Source of the DNA: a virus
Direction: 5' to 3' (one strand)
Length of the DNA: 64,000 bases
IMG/VR virus record: IMGVR_UViG_3300043775_001834
Coordinates: 13,587-77,586 of that record
Position numbers and translations under genes: made by a program. The notes beneath the pieces were generated by a model that did no database searches, was not told the DNA's origin, and worked only from the letters and a program-made list of their open reading frames with translations. Numbering within the stretch: position 1 is the first letter of the stretch; each line of letters begins with the position of its first letter. Positions 58,480 to 64,000 of the stretch are shown piece by piece.

Positions 58480-59448
58480 ATGGAAACAAACTTCGAAGAA
58501 GCTGCTGAACGAGATTTACAACAACGAGAATTCCAAAAAGAGGAATCTCAACAAGAAACTATAACGATAGATGTTAAACCTACGTCTTTAGGTAAAGCAA
58601 AAGGTTATGAAAACGATAGAAGTGATGAACCTGCACTACTCCCTGGTTATCATGAAATATGGGCAGAAAATTTCCCATCTAAAGGACTTTTCTATCCTGA
58701 AAACACTAGATTTTTTATTCGTGCCGCTGAAGTAAAAGAAATTAGACATTTCTCTACGATCAATGAGCAAGATCCTTTTTCTATCGACGAGGCATTAAAC
58801 GAGATTTTAAAATCTTGTATGATGACTAGACAACCTGGTAGACAATCATCCTTTAAAGATTTAAAAGAAGAAGATAGAATCTATCTTATTTTAGCTATTA
58901 GAGAATTAACTTTCCCTAACGGAGAAAATCAACTTATTGTAAAATCTACATGTAACGAATGTAATCATGAAAATGAAATCAAAATCAAAAACGAAGTTTT
59001 TGAAGTTAATGACATCGATGAAAAATTGATGAAATATTACGATTATGATTCCAGAATATTTCATGTAACTACTAAGTCTAGCGGAACAATTAAAATAACT
59101 CCACCTTCTATTGGCGTTATGATGGAAGTAACGAAATATATACAAAAGAAACAACAAGAAGGTAAAAAGATAGACCAATCATTTATTAAGATTTTGCCTT
59201 ATTTAACACAAGAGTGGAGAGGATTTAACGATTCTGCTATTAATAACTTAGAAATTGAAGTTATGTCATGGAACACTACTAAATATCAAACAATGTACTC
59301 ATTAACCGATATGTGTAAAGTTGGAGTAAAAGAAAAATTTAATACAATCTGTGAAAAGTGTCATTCGGAGGTGACAACCCCGATCAGCTTTCCCGGAGGC
59401 ATCAAAGGTCTTTTCGTTGTTTCAGATATCTCTGGAGAACTTCTTTAA
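58480..59448 (+). CDS. Baseplate hub / tail assembly chaperone (gp26-like)
   Basis: PSKGLFYP, D..YL.LAIRE.T, CNEC, PPSIG, CEKC; directly upstream of the tape measure gene. Confidence 0.75.
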   Translation: METNFEEAAERDLQQREFQKEESQQETITIDVKPTSLGKAKGYENDRSDEPALLPGYHEIWAENFPSKGLFYPENTRFFIRAAEVKEIRHFSTINEQDPFSIDEALNEILKSCMMTRQPGRQSSFKDLKEEDRIYLILAIRELTFPNGENQLIVKSTCNECNHENEIKIKNEVFEVNDIDEKLMKYYDYDSRIFHVTTKSSGTIKITPPSIGVMMEVTKYIQKKQQEGKKIDQSFIKILPYLTQEWRGFNDSAINNLEIEVMSWNTTKYQTMYSLTDMCKVGVKEKFNTICEKCHSEVTTPISFPGGIKGLFVVSDISGELL

Positions 59449-59716
59449 GACTAAGACTTATCTTCTATATCATCTTAGATTACAGCCATCAGAGGTTGAA
59501 AAATTACCGTTCTACGAATACGAATATATCGTTCAAAACTTGATAGATATATTAAAAGAGAAACAAGAAGCCGAAGAAAATCAACACAAATCTCATTCAG
59601 ATGTATCACCAAGTTCATTAATGAGAGATGCAGGAAAGAGTATGCCTAAAATGCCTAGCATGAGTTCATATTCTCCTACTAACTTCCCTGGTATACCTTC
59701 TTCTCTAAAATTATAA
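59417..59716 (+). CDS. gp51-like chaperone extension, probably made by frameshift from the upstream gene
   Basis: LENFFK..YL.YHL...PSEVEKLPFYEYE pattern; no N-terminal ATG; +1 frame open from 59375. Confidence 0.65.
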   Translation: MFQISLENFFKTKTYLLYHLRLQPSEVEKLPFYEYEYIVQNLIDILKEKQEAEENQHKSHSDVSPSSLMRDAGKSMPKMPSMSSYSPTNFPGIPSSLKL

Positions 59717-59722
59717 AAGTAA

Positions 59723-62700
59723 ATGGCTGTTAGACAACAGGATGTTAGTGGAGCTATGATGTCCATCCTTAAAAAGATGGATGTAATGGTAGAGTCTACC
59801 CAACAAACATATGAGGAATCCCTTATAGTTCTTAGCTCAGTAGAGGCTGTCATGAAAAATGATGTCGCTACTGAGCTTAAGAAGCAGACGTCGATTTTAA
59901 TGTCGATTGAAACAAAAATAGGTCAAGCTCAACTTAAAGAAACTGTAGGTGGAGATCCAGCAAGATTTAGAGATTTATTAGGAGGTCTTTCTGTAGGATT
60001 AGACAAAATAATAGCAGCTACACAAAAATTAGATGAAAAGGCAGGAGAGAAATTAAATAATTTCTTTACTAAATTAACCGAAACTCTAGGAAATTTTTCT
60101 AAACAATTTAATGCAGAAAACGCAAAATCCTTAACTTCTATCATTGAAACGATAGGAACTGGAGTTTTGCGTTTTGGTGCAGTTTTAGCATTATATTCTA
60201 TAATAGCTCCTTTTGCAATGATAGGAGCTACTCTATTTGGTCTTACTCTTAGACTATTGATGAAAACTACTGGCGAAATAGATCCAAATCTAGGTAAATC
60301 AGTAGTTCCTTTATTAGCCCTTGGTTGGGATATTTTATATTTTGGTGCTGCATTAGCACTTTATTCTATCATATCTCCATTAGCTCTTTTAGGAGCTACA
60401 ATGTTTGGATTGACGGTTAGGTTATTACAAGCTACTGCTGGTACTGTTGATGAAGCCAGCTTAAAAGCAATGGCATCAGTTAAAGGTCTAGCGGAATCTT
60501 CATTATTATTTGGTATAGGCATGGCATTATATGCAGTAATTTCGCCATTAGCGATGATTGGTGCAGTAATGTTTGGATTGACTATTAGATTATTACAAAA
60601 GACTGCCGGTACTGTTGATGAATCAACTATGAAATCGATGGTAGTAGTTAATGGCTTAGCTAAATCTACTATATTATTTGGTCTTAGTATGGCTCTTTAT
60701 TCGATCATATCACCATTAGCAATGATTGGTGCAGTAATGTTTGGATTGACTATTAATCTACTAATGAAATCCGCTGGAGTTGTCAATGAATCAGATGTGA
60801 AAGCAATGGCAGCAGTTAATGGCTTAGCTAAATCTACTATATTATTTGGTTTAGGAATGGCATTATATGCAGTAATTTCTCCTTTAGCAATGATTGGAGC
60901 TACGATGTTTGGTCTTACCGTCAGATTATTAATGAAATCTGCCGGAACAGTTGATGAACAATCACTTGAATCCGTTTATTTAGCTACATTTATAGGCAAG
61001 AATACTTTATTATTCGGTATTGCAATGGCTTTATATGCGGTAATTTCTCCTTTAGCAATGATAGGAACTGTAATGTTTGGTCTTACCGTCAGATTATTAA
61101 TGAAATCTGCCGGAACAGTTGATGAACAGGCACTTGATTCTATTTATTTAGCTACGCTTATTGGTAAAGGAGCTTTGTTTTTCGGTATTGCAATGGCAAT
61201 CTACGCAGTTATTTCTCCATTAGCGATGGTAGGAGCAGTAATGTTCGGTTTGACAGTTAGGCTATTACTTCTTTCGGCTGGAACTGCTAATCCTCAATCA
61301 ATAGAGGCAATGAATTCTGTATTGGCTATAGCAAAAGGTGCCTTATTATTTGGTCTTGCGATGGTAATCTATGCGGCAATATCTCCTATTGCAATGATTG
61401 GAGCAGTAATGTTCGGTCTGTCAGTTAGGTTATTACTTCTTTCGGCTGGAACTGCTAATCCTCAATCAATAGAGGCAATGAATTCTGTATTGGCTATAGC
61501 AAAAGGTGCCTTATTATTTGGTCTTGCGATGGCAATCTACGCAGTTATTTCACCGGTAGCTATGATTGGAGCAGTAATGTTCGGATTGTCAGTTAGACTT
61601 TTATTATTATCTGCTGGTACTGCAAATCCTCAATCTATTGAGGCAATGAAATCAGTTCTTGTTTTAGCAAAAGGTGCTTTATTATTTGGATTATCGATGG
61701 TATTATTTGCAGTTATGTCTCCTATCGCAATGGTAGGAGCAGTAATGTTCGGATTGTCGGTTAGACTTCTATTATTATCTGCCGGAACAGCAAACCCTCA
61801 ATCTATTGAGGCAATGAAATCTGTACTTACATTAGCTAAAGGAGTTTTATTATTTGGAATTGCATTAGCTATTTACGTTATACTTGCTCCATTTGCAATG
61901 ATTGGAGCTGTCTTATTTGGTCTTACCGTTAGATTATTATTAATGACTGCCGGAACTGCTAATCAAGGTGCAATCGATGCAATGAATTCGGTACTTAATT
62001 TAGCTAAAGGAGTTTTACTATTCGGTTTTGCAATGGTTATATTTACTATATTAGCTCCTATCGCAATGATTGGTGCTATTTTATTCGGACTTACTATTAG
62101 GCTTTTATTATTTGCAATGGGAACTGCTAAAAAAGAAGGTACCGATGCTATGAATTCAGTACTTACTTTAGCTAAAGGTATTTTATTATTTACATTAGCA
62201 ATGGTTGTAGTTACTTTATTAGCTCCTATAGTTTTGATAGGTGCTTTAATTATGACAGGAGTTTTATTTTTATTATCATTTGCATTAAGAGCAATGGGTA
62301 CTAAAGATGTTAAAAGAGGTGTAACTTCTCTTGTTATTTTAGGATTTGCAATTATACTTTTCGGATTAGCGATATTAGCCTTTAATTTATTAGTAACCGC
62401 TCAATCTGCAATATTTACATTAGTTGTTGTAGCAGGATTTGCTCTGTTATTATACGGAATTGGAAAATTTGGTAAAGAATTACAGAAAGGAGCTATTGCC
62501 TTAGGTATAATGGCGATATCAATTATAATACTTGGAGTAGCTCTTATGATATTTAAAGCTGCTAATCTTACTTTATTAGATGCTGTTATATTAGGAGCTA
62601 TAGTCGTAGGATTAGGCCTTGCAATGTCATCATTTGGAGCTGAAGCCGCTCTTATTATTGAAGGTTCAGTAGCTATGATGGCTGCAGCAATACCATTAAT

Positions 62701-64000
62701 CATTATTTCCGTAGCTTTATTAATATTCAAAGCTACTAAATTTACTGCCGAAGATGGCATCGTATTAGGTGCTGTAGTTGTAGGATTAGGTCTTGCAATG
62801 GCAGCGGCTGGATTAGCTTCTATTCTTATTGGAGCAGGAGCAATTGCAATGGGATTAGCAGGAGTTTCGTTGATAGTTTTATCAGTTGGAATTGGAATAT
62901 TCAAACTTATGGATTTCAAAAAAGAAGATGCAACTGCTATAAGTAGTGCAATCGACTCGGTTGCAAATTCAATGACTTCTGCTGGAGCATCTTCGATTCT
63001 TATTGCCTTAGGTGCAGTGGCAATAGGATTAGCTAGTATAGCTTTACTTCCTTTAACTGCAGCTCTTGCAATATTCAAATCTTCTGGTTTTACAAAAGAA
63101 GATGGAGATAGCTTAGAATATGGTTTAAGTGCAGTAATTAATGGTTTCCTTGGTGGTAAATTTCCAGGTGGAATTGTTGAAGGACTTAAATTTGCTGGTC
63201 AAGCAGCAGCTAGAGCTGCGTTATTAACAATAACGGTACCAGCAATGGTAGGTGCCGGAGTTGCGTTAATTGCGATATCTAAAGGATTAACAATATTTAA
63301 AGCTTCTGGATTTACGACTGAAGATGGAGTTGTTTTAGAATCTACAATAGGTTCTATTGCAAAAGCATTCACTTTAGTTACTGATAAAAAGAGACAAAAG
63401 GAATTAGGTATTAATATCGATCCAGTTGATTTGATGATAGGTATTATGTCACTTAGTATGGCAGGTAATGTACTTTCATCACTTGCTCAAGGTGTACAAG
63501 CATGGGCAAAATTAGAAGTAAATGAATATGAGGTTGTTAATCCTGGAACATCAAAGGCTAAATTAGTTATAAAGGCAAGAAGAAAATTAAATGAAGGAGA
63601 TTTTGAGACTGCAGCTAATGGAATGGCTAAAGTTATTGGTGCTATTGCTGAACCATTTGCATTAGTAGGTAGATTAGAAAAGGGTCAACCTTCAGGAAAT
63701 CCTATATATGATGCAATATTTGGTGGTGGTTTTGTTTCTGCCGGTATTGCTGCTCTTAAACATTCAGGTGATACTATCGTATCTCTTGCTCAAGGTGTTC
63801 AAGCTTTTGCTACTATGCAATATACTGAATATGAAGTTGTTAATGCCGGAACTTCAAAAGCCAAATTAGTACCTAAAGGAATTATTAAATTAGGTGAAGC
63901 CGAAATAAGTGCTGCATCTAAAAATATAGCTATGGTTATTGGAGTAGTTGCCGAAGCTTTTGCTAAGGTTGGTAAGAATGAAGCTAGTTCTGAAGGAATA
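59723..64000 (+). CDS. Tape measure protein (partial, at least 1426 codons, not in ORF track)
   Basis: ATG 59723 (MAVRQQDVSGAMM...); repeat anchors and final codon are in frame, no stop seen; helical hydrophobic repeats; follows the chaperone pair. Confidence 0.8.
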   Translation, partial: MAVRQQDVSGAMMSILKKMDVMVESTQQTYEESLIVLSSVEAVMKNDVATELKKQTSILMSIETKIGQAQLKETVGGDPARFRDLLGGLSVGLDKIIAATQKLDEKAGEKLNNFFTKLTETLGNFSKQFNAENAKSLTSIIETIGTGVLRFGAVLALYSIIAPFAMIGATLFGLTLRLLMKTTGEIDPNLGKSVVPLLALGWDILYFGAALALYSIISPLALLGATMFGLTVRLLQATAGTVDEASLKAMASVKGLAESSLLFGIGMALYAVISPLAMIGAVMFGLTIRLLQKTAGTVDESTMKSMVVVNGLAKSTILFGLSMALYSIISPLAMIGAVMFGLTINLLMKSAGVVNESDVKAMAAVNGLAKSTILFGLGMALYAVISPLAMIGATMFGLTVRLLMKSAGTVDEQSLESVYLATFIGKNTLLFGIAMALYAVISPLAMIGTVMFGLTVRLLMKSAGTVDEQALDSIYLATLIGKGALFFGIAMAIYAVISPLAMVGAVMFGLTVRLLLLSAGTANPQSIEAMNSVLAIAKGALLFGLAMVIYAAISPIAMIGAVMFGLSVRLLLLSAGTANPQSIEAMNSVLAIAKGALLFGLAMAIYAVISPVAMIGAVMFGLSVRLLLLSAGTANPQSIEAMKSVLVLAKGALLFGLSMVLFAVMSPIAMVGAVMFGLSVRLLLLSAGTANPQSIEAMKSVLTLAKGVLLFGIALAIYVILAPFAMIGAVLFGLTVRLLLMTAGTANQGAIDAMNSVLNLAKGVLLFGFAMVIFTILAPIAMIGAILFGLTIRLLLFAMGTAKKEGTDAMNSVLTLAKGILLFTLAMVVVTLLAPIVLIGALIMTGVLFLLSFALRAMGTKDVKRGVTSLVILGFAIILFGLAILAFNLLVTAQSAIFTLVVVAGFALLLYGIGKFGKELQKGAIALGIMAISIIILGVALMIFKAANLTLLDAVILGAIVVGLGLAMSSFGAEAALIIEGSVAMMAAAIPLIIISVALLIFKATKFTAEDGIVLGAVVVGLGLAMAAAGLASILIGAGAIAMGLAGVSLIVLSVGIGIFKLMDFKKEDATAISSAIDSVANSMTSAGASSILIALGAVAIGLASIALLPLTAALAIFKSSGFTKEDGDSLEYGLSAVINGFLGGKFPGGIVEGLKFAGQAAARAALLTITVPAMVGAGVALIAISKGLTIFKASGFTTEDGVVLESTIGSIAKAFTLVTDKKRQKELGINIDPVDLMIGIMSLSMAGNVLSSLAQGVQAWAKLEVNEYEVVNPGTSKAKLVIKARRKLNEGDFETAANGMAKVIGAIAEPFALVGRLEKGQPSGNPIYDAIFGGGFVSAGIAALKHSGDTIVSLAQGVQAFATMQYTEYEVVNAGTSKAKLVPKGIIKLGEAEISAASKNIAMVIGVVAEAFAKVGKNEASSEGI
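60170..62200 (+). repeat. Tandem 168-nt (56-aa) coding repeat, 12 copies
   Basis: (M/L)FGL anchor codons at 60233, 60401, 60569, 60737, 60905, 61073, 61241, 61409, 61577, 61745, 61913, 62081. Confidence 0.92.
62480..63120 (+). repeat. Tandem 174-nt (58-aa) coding repeat, 4 copies
   Basis: IFK anchor at 62549, 62723, 62897, 63071. Confidence 0.8.

Noticed and set aside
27115-59543. Plus-strand alternative-frame ORFs inside MCP, gp44, sheath, tube and gp26-like genes (27115, 34985, 49187, 52959, 59358)
   Set aside because: Short by-products of codon bias with no motifs or conventional starts
60170-62200. CRISPR array or diversity-generating repeat
   Set aside because: Units are contiguous, in frame and vary mainly at synonymous or conservative positions; no spacers, cas or reverse transcriptase genes
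933-63078. All minus-strand ORFs in the track (e.g. 1380-1856, 31636-32079, 53269-53487, 62401-63078)
   Set aside because: Each lies antisense to a well-supported plus-strand gene and lacks motifs or promoters
1-64000. tRNA or rRNA genes
   Set aside because: No cloverleaf or T-loop pattern seen in the few intergenic gaps; tRNAscan would be needed to exclude them formally

Overview
A strongly AT-rich, gene-dense 64 kb segment of a large T4-like myovirus (probably a jumbo phage). Essentially all real genes are on the + strand and use the standard code, with both TAA and TAG as stops. A Bacteroidota host is likely: seven TTT-N21-TAnnTTT(A/G) promoters, a general lack of Shine-Dalgarno motifs, and a short NrdA without an ATP cone. 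Modules in order: (1) nucleotide metabolism, replication and recombination (dUTPase, a family-B polymerase split into two genes 4.7 kb apart, NrdB/NrdA, clamp, UvsX, a gp41 helicase broken by one in-frame TAA, gp47/gp46); (2) head module (gp55 sigma, gp4, gp2, portal, protease-scaffold fusion, MCP) surrounded by many proteins with an N-terminal T4 internal-protein-like targeting motif; (3) an early island of small genes, each with its own promoter cassette; (4) clamp loader, RNase H, Fpg; (5) neck, terminase, sheath, tube, topoisomerase II, tail chaperones and an unannotated tape-measure gene of more than 1400 codons that runs off the window. Best leads: at least 11 putative capsid-packaged proteins including a RimK-protease writer/eraser fusion; a probable +1 programmed frameshift at TTT-CCC in the tail chaperone; three promoter classes, including a helically phased TGTTAA box; a CGAGG-repeat element before the small terminase; and G-A-T motifs clustered in surface insertions of virion proteins. 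All product calls come from motif recognition by eye; no searches were run.
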